Virus record (IMG/VR): IMGVR_UViG_3300045988_172457
Span: 13,245 to 77,244 of that record
Strand: one strand, 5' to 3'
Source: a virus
Length of the DNA: 64,000 nucleotides
In this document: positions 18,779-27,783 of the stretch, piece by piece
How the letters are laid out: every line of letters starts with the position of its first letter
Numbering within the stretch: the stretch's first letter is position 1
The notes under the pieces: model-generated
The model's database searches: none
What the model was told of the DNA's origin: nothing
The model's input: the letters and a program-made list of their open reading frames with translations, nothing else
Translations under genes and position numbers: made by a program

Positions 18779-19925
18779 GGTACGCTTCCGGCATCGTCCA
18801 ACCGGAAACGTCCCAACCCCAATCCTTTTTGATGATGTCCCACGTCACGTCCCAACCCCATTCGCTGACTTTGCGAACGTCACGAACTTGCGGAGTGTAT
18901 TGCACCCACTCGTCGGAGAAAATGTTGCGCCGTGTTCCACTCATGTCCGTATATTCACCGAACCTGTCGGTTGGAATTCCATGCTCGAACCATTCATCCC
19001 AAACCGCGACTCCCATTCGTTGCGACACGGTCGGATTGCCCACGACCATTTCCGTCATGCCTTGCGTGCGTTGTATCACCGCATTGAACGATTCGTAACC
19101 TTCGTTCGCCTTCGGTATCTGCAACCATACGCAGATGAGTCCGCGACGTTTCATCGGAGAGTAGGCGAGCATCTTCGCCCAGTTCTGCATCTTCTTATCC
19201 AATTCGCTGTTCGACGTTTGGATTTCGATACCCGCCAACACATTGTTCCGGCACAACGTCACCACATCGGTAGCGCAAGCCTTGCCGACTTTCGATTCGG
19301 CAACAGCCTGTGGGTCAACGCTACGGAATTTCCCCCAACCATCACCGGATGAAAATTTCACACGTGAATCGCGTGCCAACATCAATCCCGCGTGCGCCGC
19401 ATAAGTGTTATGCCGAACATGGAAACGATTCCCCGCGTAATAGGAAACCGCCATCGTCTCACGCATCCACTTTTCCATCCCGTACAATTTCATCGCACGG
19501 TTGATAAGACGTGGACTGTTCGACGGTGAAAGCCAAACATGATTCACGGTCTGACCGTACAATCGTTCCGCCTGACTGAAACCGACGTTGATGATTCCTA
19601 AACGGTTCATCGCACCATACAGGTTCGGTTCGTCACGCTCGAAAGCGGGAGCGCCTTTGATGGAAAGTCCCGCACGCAGTTGGTCAACCGTGCATGTCTT
19701 CCAAGTGAACAATGCTCCGAGGATACTCGAAACGAGTTCGCTGTTCGCTTTCACCATTGTCTCCGCGAACAGTTTGTTCGCAACGAACCACGGGTGGGTC
19801 TGCGCGAACAATCCGGGATGCTCCATCTCGAACATGTCGTTGCCTTTATACCAGTCGGCAATGCTTCCGGTCTTCCAAAGATTCTCATCGTTCGGGTCGA
19901 AAAGAAAACGGTCATCGAATGTCAC
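18729..19925 (-). CDS. Hypothetical protein (398 aa), Trp-rich C-terminus
   Basis: Long ORF with protein-like composition. The C-terminus carries the WGWDVTWDIIKKDWGWDVSGW repeats. Coupled to the ATPase upstream. Confidence 0.6.
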   Translation of the reverse strand: MTFDDRFLFDPNDENLWKTGSIADWYKGNDMFEMEHPGLFAQTHPWFVANKLFAETMVKANSELVSSILGALFTWKTCTVDQLRAGLSIKGAPAFERDEPNLYGAMNRLGIINVGFSQAERLYGQTVNHVWLSPSNSPRLINRAMKLYGMEKWMRETMAVSYYAGNRFHVRHNTYAAHAGLMLARDSRVKFSSGDGWGKFRSVDPQAVAESKVGKACATDVVTLCRNNVLAGIEIQTSNSELDKKMQNWAKMLAYSPMKRRGLICVWLQIPKANEGYESFNAVIQRTQGMTEMVVGNPTVSQRMGVAVWDEWFEHGIPTDRFGEYTDMSGTRRNIFSDEWVQYTPQVRDVRKVSEWGWDVTWDIIKKDWGWDVSGWTMPEAYRGGFYGFIGKDCDGLH

Positions 19926-21136
19926 TTACGCCCACGACCTTTCTTTCCTTCACTGTTCTTAGCGTTCGGATTGAATCTTTCCGGATTGAAACCACGGTCG
20001 GGCAAAGCCCAGTTAAGAATGTTCTCCCTAGCAAAAGCAAGACCGGGGTCATCCCATCTGACATCACCGTTGGCGATATGGTTGCTTGCCTCGACCGTCT
20101 GATATTCGGTTCCGAGAAACGTCCCATATCTCGTATAGTCGAGCCGTCTGTAACCTTGCAGTCCGACCGGAACAGTGTCCTTGATGCCGATGAGTTCCTT
20201 CGGAAGATGATGCTCAGCCAAGGCCGTCAGCAGATTCAACGCGTCTATCTGCGTCTGCCTTCCAGCCTTGACGATAACCAGACAAGGGTCTCCCGATTGA
20301 ATGTATGGAAGCAGTAAACCGTTGGCGATATTCTCCCTATCATCCAAATCGTCCGCGCTGATTCGGTCAAGGTCGAGCACGACGAAATCCCACAGTCGGC
20401 GTGCCGCTTGGATGTACTGACGGTATATCTGCCAGTCCACTCCGACGCCTGCTGGAGGTGCGAAACAGATGTCGTATGGAACCCCAAGGTCACGTCCTCG
20501 ATTGGCTCCGACCTGCACCTGCATGCCCGGTCGCCAGTCGGCTATCGTATGCAATGGCTTGTCCTGTCTCGGGTCGAAAAAACTACGTTGGCTGGACTGT
20601 CTGATGTTCCCGTCGATGAGTAGAACACGCAATCCGGCTTGCGACGCACGGTCTGCCAACTGTCGGCTGGACGTGGTCTTCCCCACTCCTCCGGTGTTGG
20701 ATGTGATGGGTAGGAGAACCGCAGTCTCCTTCACTTTGTTTTGGAGGATATCGACTACGAGACGCTTGTCCGCAAGCTGGATTCCCCAATAAGTCCGTGC
20801 GAAATCAGCCACGCTCATGCGTAACATCTGTTCGCTCATGCCCATGGCTCCGACCGGTATCTGACCGGTGTTGCACCAGTAGACCATGTATCCGGCGTTG
20901 GCTATCGGAAGCCAGTTTCCAGCCCTGTCGGTGAAGATGATTCCTTTGAACCCGGAGGGCACCGGATGTCTTATCAGATAGTCGGCCTGTGCTTGAATAT
21001 TGTCTGCGGCGGGCACCTGCCAACGCATGTTTCCGGCTCTCGTAAGGGCCTTTTTGATGGTTGTGAGAAGCCCTCCGGAGCCGATTATCAGGGAAATCGT
21101 TCGTTTTTCCAATAAGACCGCCTCCTGATGGGTCAT
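19922..21136 (-). CDS. ParA/MinD-family P-loop ATPase with an N-terminal ~150-aa extension (CpaE/TadZ-like architecture)
   Basis: Deviant Walker A TGGVGKTTSS. First gene of the ~11 kb minus-strand operon. Confidence 0.7.
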   Translation of the reverse strand: MTHQEAVLLEKRTISLIIGSGGLLTTIKKALTRAGNMRWQVPAADNIQAQADYLIRHPVPSGFKGIIFTDRAGNWLPIANAGYMVYWCNTGQIPVGAMGMSEQMLRMSVADFARTYWGIQLADKRLVVDILQNKVKETAVLLPITSNTGGVGKTTSSRQLADRASQAGLRVLLIDGNIRQSSQRSFFDPRQDKPLHTIADWRPGMQVQVGANRGRDLGVPYDICFAPPAGVGVDWQIYRQYIQAARRLWDFVVLDLDRISADDLDDRENIANGLLLPYIQSGDPCLVIVKAGRQTQIDALNLLTALAEHHLPKELIGIKDTVPVGLQGYRRLDYTRYGTFLGTEYQTVEASNHIANGDVRWDDPGLAFARENILNWALPDRGFNPERFNPNAKNSEGKKGRGRK

Positions 21137-21875
21137 GTTCCGTTGTTTTCATCGGAACGTTTACGGTTTTGTCCGAGTTCTGGCATTTATAGTTTTTTGA
21201 TATTTAGTTTTTTTGTTGGTTCTGCTGTTGCTTTTTTTCATTGCATTGGCTGTTCCTGTATTGATGTTACCTTGTTTTGATTGTCGTTGACCTTGTTAGT
21301 GAGACTATTGACCTTTCGCTGTTGTCGTTTTGTGCTGTGGTTGTTGTGTGCCGTCGTGTTGATACTGATGTTCGGTTTGTCTTGTGATGGTGTGGCTTGT
21401 TGCTTTTCTTGTTTCTTGGGGTGTTTGGTGATGTCGTTCTTCTGTTCTGTATGTCATATGGGTTGATGTGCTGTTCTTTTGTGGATGGTTGCGTTGCCTC
21501 TGTTGTTTTCATACGTTGTATTCCCGATTTAGGGGTAGGCGTTTCTTCTTCTGTTGTCCTTTTCTCTGTTGTTCTTTTCCTGATTATGTTGCTGGGTGTT
21601 GTCCTGTTCTTCTGTTGCTTCTATTTGCTTAGGATGTCTTCTCTTATTTCTCTTATGTTCTTCTTTTTCTTTTTTCTTTCTGGTTTTCTTGGTTCTTCTT
21701 TTTGATGTGATGGTGTTTGTTTTCTGATTTTTGGTGGTGAGTGTTTTCTATCTTTTTGTCTTTTTGGTTTTGGTCATCTTTTCTTTTTTTGAATCCGCTA
21801 TTCATGTTGGCCTACCGGCGCGGGCGGCGCGGGGAATTGTTTTTTCCCGTTTTCCTCGTTTAGGGATGCCGTCGG

Positions 21876-21900
21876 GCGTTACACTCGTGAATTGAAAATA
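21876..21900 (+). promoter_or_regulatory. Candidate promoter related to the repeated GTTATACTGG family, upstream of 21956
   Basis: The gcGTTACACTcgtGAATTGaaaataca region shares the GTTAyACT..GAATTG core with the motif family listed below. Confidence 0.3.
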
Positions 21901-21955
21901 CAGAACACCTCGTTCCGACTGTTAACAGCCTGTACGACCGGAGTGTTCTCTGGAT

Positions 21956-22678
21956 ATGACGAAAGAAGGTATGATGCCAGACTTCACCAATTGGGGATTC
22001 AACAACAACCAGCAGTCGGAGCAGGACAATGGTTACGGTTCCGACAATTATGCTGAACCGGAGCAGTCTTCTGTCGAGGAGTCGCAGACGGAATCCGATT
22101 CTCTTAATCAGGAGAGTTCGGAGCCTGTCGCTGACGCGTCCGCACCGGCTGATGGTGAGGACATGAACGTGGACGCTGAGTCCACTGAAACCGAAGACAA
22201 GCCGAAGGGGAAAGGTAAGGGCCGTTCCAACCGCAAACCGCGTGAGAAGACCATGCCGCACATCGAGGAACAGTTCGGCAAGAAGCTGATTCCTCTTGTC
22301 AAATCGTTGGATGACGAGCGTGTGGTTTCTCTCGCCAAGGCGTTGACCGATACGAAGAAGAGCACTCCGGAAGCAGTGCTGGACGCATTGACCGAGCCGA
22401 AGAACCAACGTCGAATCTCCGAGTTCGCGTCCGCGTTGGAAGGGTTGGCTACAGCCGAGCCGGGCATGATTGCCGCAGAGGTGACGTTGGTGTTCGCGCA
22501 GGGCAAGGATATGACCAACCTGCTGTTCTCCGTGCTGAACGCGGTCGCGCCGGAGAAGAATTTCGGCCGTCCGGTTGACGACCAGTCTCCTGCCGGAATG
22601 CGTAAGAACCTGAGCAAGATTGTCGATAATTGGGGTGACGGTGTTGACCTTTCCGTTATCGATGAGCTGAAAATCTGA
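21956..22678 (+). CDS. Hypothetical protein (240 aa) with an acidic disordered N-terminus
   Basis: ORF. The N-terminus is rich in E/S/D/Q; the C-terminal ~130 aa looks structured. Confidence 0.55.
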   Translation: MTKEGMMPDFTNWGFNNNQQSEQDNGYGSDNYAEPEQSSVEESQTESDSLNQESSEPVADASAPADGEDMNVDAESTETEDKPKGKGKGRSNRKPREKTMPHIEEQFGKKLIPLVKSLDDERVVSLAKALTDTKKSTPEAVLDALTEPKNQRRISEFASALEGLATAEPGMIAAEVTLVFAQGKDMTNLLFSVLNAVAPEKNFGRPVDDQSPAGMRKNLSKIVDNWGDGVDLSVIDELKI

Positions 22679-22744
22679 GTTCCCATTCCGACATCATTGA
22701 GGGGAGTCGTCCTTACGGTCGGCTCCCCTCTGTTCATACTCGAA

Positions 22745-23509
22745 CTATTGTCTGCGACGTAATCTCAAAGCGTCTTCGGACGAGTACACTCCGAACGGGC
22801 TGATGGTCACGCTGTATTTCGTTATACGATACGTCCACTCGTTCTGCCTGTCGTTTAACTCCTTGAATCTATTTAGAAGATTCTGCTTGGAGAGGCTTTG
22901 CCTGCTTGCTGGAAGCAGTGATGGAAGGTCTGCCCGTTCGATGATGAGCCTATGGTCGTTCGGACAATACAATGCCGCCAATACGAGCAGGTCTATCGCT
23001 ATGGCGCTACCCGCGTTGGGGTACAGACACTTCAACGGCATCTGCCGGACGTTCCTTGTCATCATTTTTACGAACGGTTCCGTGAACGTGATTTTCCGAT
23101 GCTCGATAGTGAGACTGTCGGCGGTGATTTCGGTGTGTTCGACCGGCGTGACTTTGACTCCGTCTGCTCCGGTGAACTGGATTGACGAGAGCATGAGAAG
23201 CTGGTTCCGGACGGTAGTGCGTCCGTCTCCTCCACTGTTCAACCCGCATTTGTTGGCGAGGAAGAAGAAGTCGTCACCGATGGTGAGCGTGCGGGTTTCC
23301 GCATCCCATTCGCGGCTTGGCGTGTTGATGAGAGTGGTGATGATTATGCTTAACAGTCTCGGTACTCTACCGGAGAAACTGTTCTTGGTTTTCGCACGAT
23401 AGGGTGCGAACAGCGGATAGGATTCCGCGGTGAGATAGCCGATATCGTAGCCGAGTATCGTATGATAGTCGGCTTTCAGGGTCTCCAGCCCATAGGTTCC
23501 TTCGTTCAT
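22745..23509 (-). CDS. Rep-like protein (254 aa). Possible second replication initiator paralog.
   Basis: Segment-by-segment architectural resemblance to the Rep at 7730-8599 (hydrophobic RLLSIIITTLINT block, ...AIDLLVLAALYCPN..., C-terminal basic helix NLLNRFKELNDRQNEW). No iterons were seen nearby. Confidence 0.35.
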   Translation of the reverse strand: MNEGTYGLETLKADYHTILGYDIGYLTAESYPLFAPYRAKTKNSFSGRVPRLLSIIITTLINTPSREWDAETRTLTIGDDFFFLANKCGLNSGGDGRTTVRNQLLMLSSIQFTGADGVKVTPVEHTEITADSLTIEHRKITFTEPFVKMMTRNVRQMPLKCLYPNAGSAIAIDLLVLAALYCPNDHRLIIERADLPSLLPASRQSLSKQNLLNRFKELNDRQNEWTYRITKYSVTISPFGVYSSEDALRLRRRQ

Positions 23510-23633
23510 TGTGTCTCCTTATAAAAATGACGGGCGTGTGGTTCCGTCGATAACACAATGATACCCCCAGTATTGTGAGGTCGGATACCAAAAGGTGCCG
23601 GTTGACAGCATCGTCAACCGGCACCCTTATAGG

Positions 23634-23942
23634 TTATAAGTCTTTCCTATCCGGCTTTGAACCGTTCCCATCCGTATCGGGTTTTTTATCCCTACCCACA
23701 GGTCTACGAAGTCCAGAGCCGGATTGTCCGGCCACACGACGTTCCAATCGAAGCTGGTATCGAATCTTCTCCAAGGTCTTCGACGTGTCAGTGATGTTCC
23801 CTTTACGGGCTTCACGAATCCACAGTTGACAACCCCGGTCGAGCATGACGACGTCGGATAGTTTCGGTTGCCTTCCGGAACGTTTCAGTGACTTCGCCGG
23901 TGTCTGGTTTTGGTGTTGCTCATCGTCGTACATTCCGCCCAC
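23634..23942 (-). CDS. Small basic protein (102 aa) with a C..WIREA motif (paralog family)
   Basis: GCQLWIREARKG motif, shared with 25437-25778 and 25775-26116. Confidence 0.4.
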   Translation of the reverse strand: MGGMYDDEQHQNQTPAKSLKRSGRQPKLSDVVMLDRGCQLWIREARKGNITDTSKTLEKIRYQLRLERRVAGQSGSGLRRPVGRDKKPDTDGNGSKPDRKDL

Positions 23943-24151
23943 CTTTCCTTTTCACTGGGGTGGGCGAGCTGGTGTTGCGCCCACTTTCTCGCTTGTTTCA
24001 TAGCGGCTTTCTTGCCGCCGTTGAGAGTGTGGGCAGTACCGTTCGCAATGGGAGTGAAGAATCCTTCATCTTCCACTTCGGCGCTCCACAGATATGACAT
24101 GAAACCGTTTCTGCGGACATTGATATCGAACTTGTATCCGTCACGGTTCAC
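23885..24151 (-). CDS. Hypothetical protein (88 aa)
   Basis: ORF coupled to the AAA ATPase gene. Confidence 0.4.
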   Translation of the reverse strand: MNRDGYKFDINVRRNGFMSYLWSAEVEDEGFFTPIANGTAHTLNGGKKAAMKQARKWAQHQLAHPSEKERWAECTTMSNTKTRHRRSH

Positions 24152-25104
24152 TGGTTGGGAACCTCCATCTTCAGAGAGTTGAAAGCATTGACGAACAGGT
24201 CGGTCGGAATGGTTTCCGAACCGAAAATCAAAGTCTTGCGGGCCAGATTGTCCACGGTTTGGACAAGCAGGGCCGGACTAACATCTTCTATGTCGATGTC
24301 GAGCGGTTGACCGTCGGCTTGGATGTTCAACTCCTTGAGTCGGTGCATGATGATAAGTCTTGAAGTCGCCTTGTCCGGTAGTGTCATATGAACCCGGACG
24401 TCGAACCTACGCCATGCGGCACGGTCTATAAGACTGCTCATGTTGGTGGCGCAGACGAGAATGCAATCATCTGGTAGCGTGTCGATTTTCTGGAGTACGA
24501 GATTGGTGGCTCGACGCATTTCGGCAACGTCATGGGAGTTGTCGCGTCGGGCAAGAAGCATGTCGCATTCGTCTATGAACAGGAGCTTTCGTTCCATGTG
24601 GAGCCGGTCGAACACCAAGGCGATATTGGTTAACGTCTTGCCGAGCTGACTGCTGATAACACGGTCTGCACGAAGAATAACACCGTCCAGTCCAAGCCTC
24701 TTCGACAGGATGGAAGCAAAGGTGGTCTTACCCGTGCCGGGCGCTCCAGTGAGTATGATTCGATTACGGGGAGCGAGATTATGCGCTGTCAGAACATCCA
24801 GTTTCTTATACTCGGCAACCAGTCCGTCCAACAGTTCCCGCACGGTCTTATCCCACACAGGCTTATGAGTACCGTCCGGTGGGAGCAACGGTTCGGTCAA
24901 CCCGTCAACCGGTGCCAGACTCGCATTGACAGCCAGTCCCTTCTCTCGTTCCGACTCCGCCAGCCGACGTAGATTCGTGGTGTAAGCGGTCGGCTTGGCT
25001 TTCTCCACCGAGTCGGCCAGCAAGTCGATTTGCTGGGACAGTTTCAAATGGTCTCCGTTGCATGCGGCTCTGACCAGTCGAAGCATTTCCGTGCTGTTTA
25101 ACAT
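24148..25104 (-). CDS. AAA+ ATPase (318 aa)
   Basis: Walker A GAPGTGKTT, Walker B LLFIDECD, and sensor-like ATN. Confidence 0.75.
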   Translation of the reverse strand: MLNSTEMLRLVRAACNGDHLKLSQQIDLLADSVEKAKPTAYTTNLRRLAESEREKGLAVNASLAPVDGLTEPLLPPDGTHKPVWDKTVRELLDGLVAEYKKLDVLTAHNLAPRNRIILTGAPGTGKTTFASILSKRLGLDGVILRADRVISSQLGKTLTNIALVFDRLHMERKLLFIDECDMLLARRDNSHDVAEMRRATNLVLQKIDTLPDDCILVCATNMSSLIDRAAWRRFDVRVHMTLPDKATSRLIIMHRLKELNIQADGQPLDIDIEDVSPALLVQTVDNLARKTLIFGSETIPTDLFVNAFNSLKMEVPNQ

Positions 25105-25206
25105 ACTGACCTTCCTGCTTTCTGAAAATGATTCTTGTCAATAAACGTTATGGTCAATGTTTGAGAAGTAGAAGGAAGTATAAATACGGCAGTCTTCCAA
25201 TCCAAT

Positions 25207-25437
25207 CTATTTGAGAGAGGAACCGTAGACGATGATGGAACCCACCGAAACCGACAACACCAGCAGTGACACGACGGTCATCAGCCGATAGTTGAACAGG
25301 TCTGAACGGGATTTCTCGTCAGGCATCCGACTCATTCTTCCTATCGACAGTCGAGCGTAATGCACCAGCGCGGTCAAGCTCAACGCCGACAATATTATGA
25401 GAGAAACCATGCAACATATCTGCTCTTTGGAATACAT
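25207..25437 (-). CDS. Small membrane protein (76 aa, 2 TM)
   Basis: Helices MVSLIILSALSLTALV and LMTVVSLLVLSVSVGSIIV. Confidence 0.4.
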   Translation of the reverse strand: MYSKEQICCMVSLIILSALSLTALVHYARLSIGRMSRMPDEKSRSDLFNYRLMTVVSLLVLSVSVGSIIVYGSSLK

Positions 25438-25778
25438 CAGGCGCCTTTACGAAGCCACAAATCTGGATGGTCGAGATACGGGTACAGTTCGGGAATCTTT
25501 CGCACAGCTTCCCGAATCCAACCGTTCTCGCAGATACGTTCTAAATAATCTAATGGCTTGCGTTGCAGGGACTTCGACTTGGTGTTCCGTGCCTTGTGGA
25601 TTGCTTCCACAGCCTTCTTGTTCGCCTGTTGGAATGTGATTTTCCCTTTGGCCTTATCGTCCGAAATGGTTTGCAACCTTGCTATCAGACGGTTGATGGT
25701 AGCCATATCCTTGGCGTATGGGCGTGCCGGAATGGCTGTTCTGCTTATGTCTTCCTTGCCGAATCCGTTGCCGCTCAA
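25437..25778 (-). CDS. Small protein, C..NGWIREA paralog (113 aa)
   Basis: Motif LERICENGWIREAVRKIPELYPYLDHPDLW. Paralogous to the adjacent gene. Confidence 0.55.
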   Translation of the reverse strand: MSGNGFGKEDISRTAIPARPYAKDMATINRLIARLQTISDDKAKGKITFQQANKKAVEAIHKARNTKSKSLQRKPLDYLERICENGWIREAVRKIPELYPYLDHPDLWLRKGA

Positions 25779-26116
25779 ACCGTTGCCTTCCTTTCCTTTT
25801 TACGGCTATGGTCTCGATGTTTGCCCCACCGTTCCGGGCTGTCCAAGTCCGGGTAAACCAAGCCCATCTCGTTTGCCGCTTCACGAATCCAACCGTTGGT
25901 GCAAAGCTTGCAGAGTCTTACCATGGGGCCGCTCGTGGCGCGTGGCATTCCTCCGTTGGCGGTCGCCACCGCGTCCACGGCGAGATGGTTCGCCTCCTCA
26001 TATGAGATTGTTCCGTCGCTTTTACCGTCGGCTATCTCCCACAATCTTTTACGCAGATTGAAGAGCTTCTTGGCCTTCTCGAACGTTGGATGGTATGTCT
26101 GTATGGTTTCCGGCAT
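25775..26116 (-). CDS. Small protein, C..NGWIREA paralog (113 aa)
   Basis: Motif LCKLCTNGWIREAANEMGLVYPDLDSPERW. A tandem paralog of 25437-25778. Confidence 0.55.
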   Translation of the reverse strand: MPETIQTYHPTFEKAKKLFNLRKRLWEIADGKSDGTISYEEANHLAVDAVATANGGMPRATSGPMVRLCKLCTNGWIREAANEMGLVYPDLDSPERWGKHRDHSRKKERKATV

Positions 26117-26175
26117 TGTCCTGTCCGAATACTCCTTTCAGTGTTGTCCACTGTGCTCGGATTGCGTTTTTCGGG

Positions 26176-26556
26176 TCAGAGTCCAGCCTGTTGGAAACGG
26201 CCAATCCAATATTTGTAGTCGGCGTCCGCATACGCTTTGTTGCATGTGGTGAGAATTTCCTGATATCGGACTTGAAGGTCGGGTTGGTATCGTTCAGTGG
26301 ACTTCGGGAGCACTGTGGTCATGGCCCCATGGTTGAACAGCAACACCTCACGGTCAGCGGCCTCGTGTTCGAGTTTGCGGTCGATTCCCTCAAACCATTG
26401 GTGTACCTCGTCGTCGTTTGGCAGTCGGCCTTCGCCAATCATTCTGCTCATGGTGTCCTTGAGGTCGAGCAGCGCGTCCTGCATGCGTTCGTTCTTGAAC
26501 AGGAGTCGTTCCACTTCGGTTCTCGGCTCTCGTTCGGTGTTGTTTTTATCGTCCAT
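26176..26556 (-). CDS. Hypothetical protein (126 aa)
   Basis: ORF with a plausible composition, followed by a hairpin (GGCATGCCTATGCCCCAGTCCGTTCGGGCTGGGGCAT). Confidence 0.5.
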   Translation of the reverse strand: MDDKNNTEREPRTEVERLLFKNERMQDALLDLKDTMSRMIGEGRLPNDDEVHQWFEGIDRKLEHEAADREVLLFNHGAMTTVLPKSTERYQPDLQVRYQEILTTCNKAYADADYKYWIGRFQQAGL

Positions 26557-26626
26557 TGGTTTCCTTCGTTCTTGCGAACATGCCTATGCCCCAGTCCGTT
26601 CGGGCTGGGGCATTCCTTTTTTGTTT

Positions 26627-26803
26627 TTAGGCGTCGAGTTTCTTGATGAAGTGAGCGAACAGTGCGGTGGAGCTGAGTAGGAATGTGATGCTGGTGATTG
26701 CCATTACCACGTGGCCGTAATCCTGTCTCCACATGAGGAATGCGCTGACGATTGTGATGAGTGTCAGTGTCAGGTTGATGTTGTTTTCCGTCTGTTTGCT
26801 CAT
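26627..26803 (-). CDS. Small membrane protein (58 aa)
   Basis: MSKQTENNINLTLTLITIVSAFLMW...ITSITFLLSSTALFAHF. Start chosen at the internal Met of ORF 26627-27043. Confidence 0.4.
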   Translation of the reverse strand: MSKQTENNINLTLTLITIVSAFLMWRQDYGHVVMAITSITFLLSSTALFAHFIKKLDA

Positions 26804-27003
26804 GGTTTCTTCTTTTTGTTCTGGCGTGTTGGGGAGGTGTGCGACTCCCTTTTTTGTGGACGATTCCAGTATAACAAAGGGTATGGTCGAACGCAAATCA
26901 TCCGACCGCGAATCCCCGAACGCTTGCATACCCCCACCTAGTGTGTTAAGCTGACCTCGCCCACACAAAACATTCCACAGGAACGGAAAAGACCACAGAA
27001 ACA

Positions 27004-27228
27004 ATGAGCGCAACCAAATACGACAACGGCAACACATCCGCACTCCAAATCGTCGGCAACGAGGGAACCAACAAGCTCACAATCCTCCAATCCCCCAGCT
27101 TCGGCAAGGAACTCATGTTCACCATCACCGACAGCGACACCGCGACCAGCGTCGTCGTCAACGATATAGAAACCCTCCGCAAAATCAGAGACTTCCTCAA
27201 CGAAAGCATCCACTGGATGGAAGCGTGA
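27004..27228 (+). CDS. Hypothetical protein (74 aa)
   Basis: ORF with an RBS-like upstream sequence. First gene of a plus-strand block. Confidence 0.5.
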   Translation: MSATKYDNGNTSALQIVGNEGTNKLTILQSPSFGKELMFTITDSDTATSVVVNDIETLRKIRDFLNESIHWMEA

Positions 27229-27231
27229 ACC

Positions 27232-27783
27232 ATGGTCGAAGACACCGTTTGCACCATCGGCGTATATGGTGGCCGACAACCGTCCATACTCGTCAACAAC
27301 CATCTCGTCTACGGTCGAATACCAGACTCCGAAACCCAGCCGGACATCATCGCGGACGTTCCGAAGAACAGGCTCGTTGCCAACCTCAACCCAGCCTCCG
27401 ACGGCATGACGGACAGTCCCAGACTTCCGTTGGAACTGTTCGCCGCATGGCTCGCCAACGGTGACGTGGGCCTCAGCTCGCTCGCCATCGTCCAACGGCT
27501 CACCGGAATCACAATGACCGTGAACGGCACGCGCGAACATGGTTGCGAGGACACTCCGAAAGACCCCGGAGACCTACGTCGGATACTCGGAATGTTCGAC
27601 ATGGTGCCAGTCGCACGTGCCTATCTGAGTCTCATGCGCGACGTGTCGGACGATTGGAAAACCATCATCGACCATTGGAGCGAACTCGAAAAACAGTATC
27701 GGAAAGAGGAACACAATCCATCCGGTTGCGCCCCCAAAACCTACCGGATGCTGAAACGATTGAAGGAAGGAAACCATGCCTAA
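27232..27783 (+). CDS. Hypothetical protein (183 aa)
   Basis: ORF coupled to the next gene. Confidence 0.55.
   Translation: MVEDTVCTIGVYGGRQPSILVNNHLVYGRIPDSETQPDIIADVPKNRLVANLNPASDGMTDSPRLPLELFAAWLANGDVGLSSLAIVQRLTGITMTVNGTREHGCEDTPKDPGDLRRILGMFDMVPVARAYLSLMRDVSDDWKTIIDHWSELEKQYRKEEHNPSGCAPKTYRMLKRLKEGNHA

Noticed and set aside
21267-21512. 81-aa minus-strand ORF inside the A-depleted intergenic tract
   Set aside because: The extremely low-complexity T/R/K/N/H-rich translation is produced by the compositional skew. It has no RBS. It is treated as non-coding.
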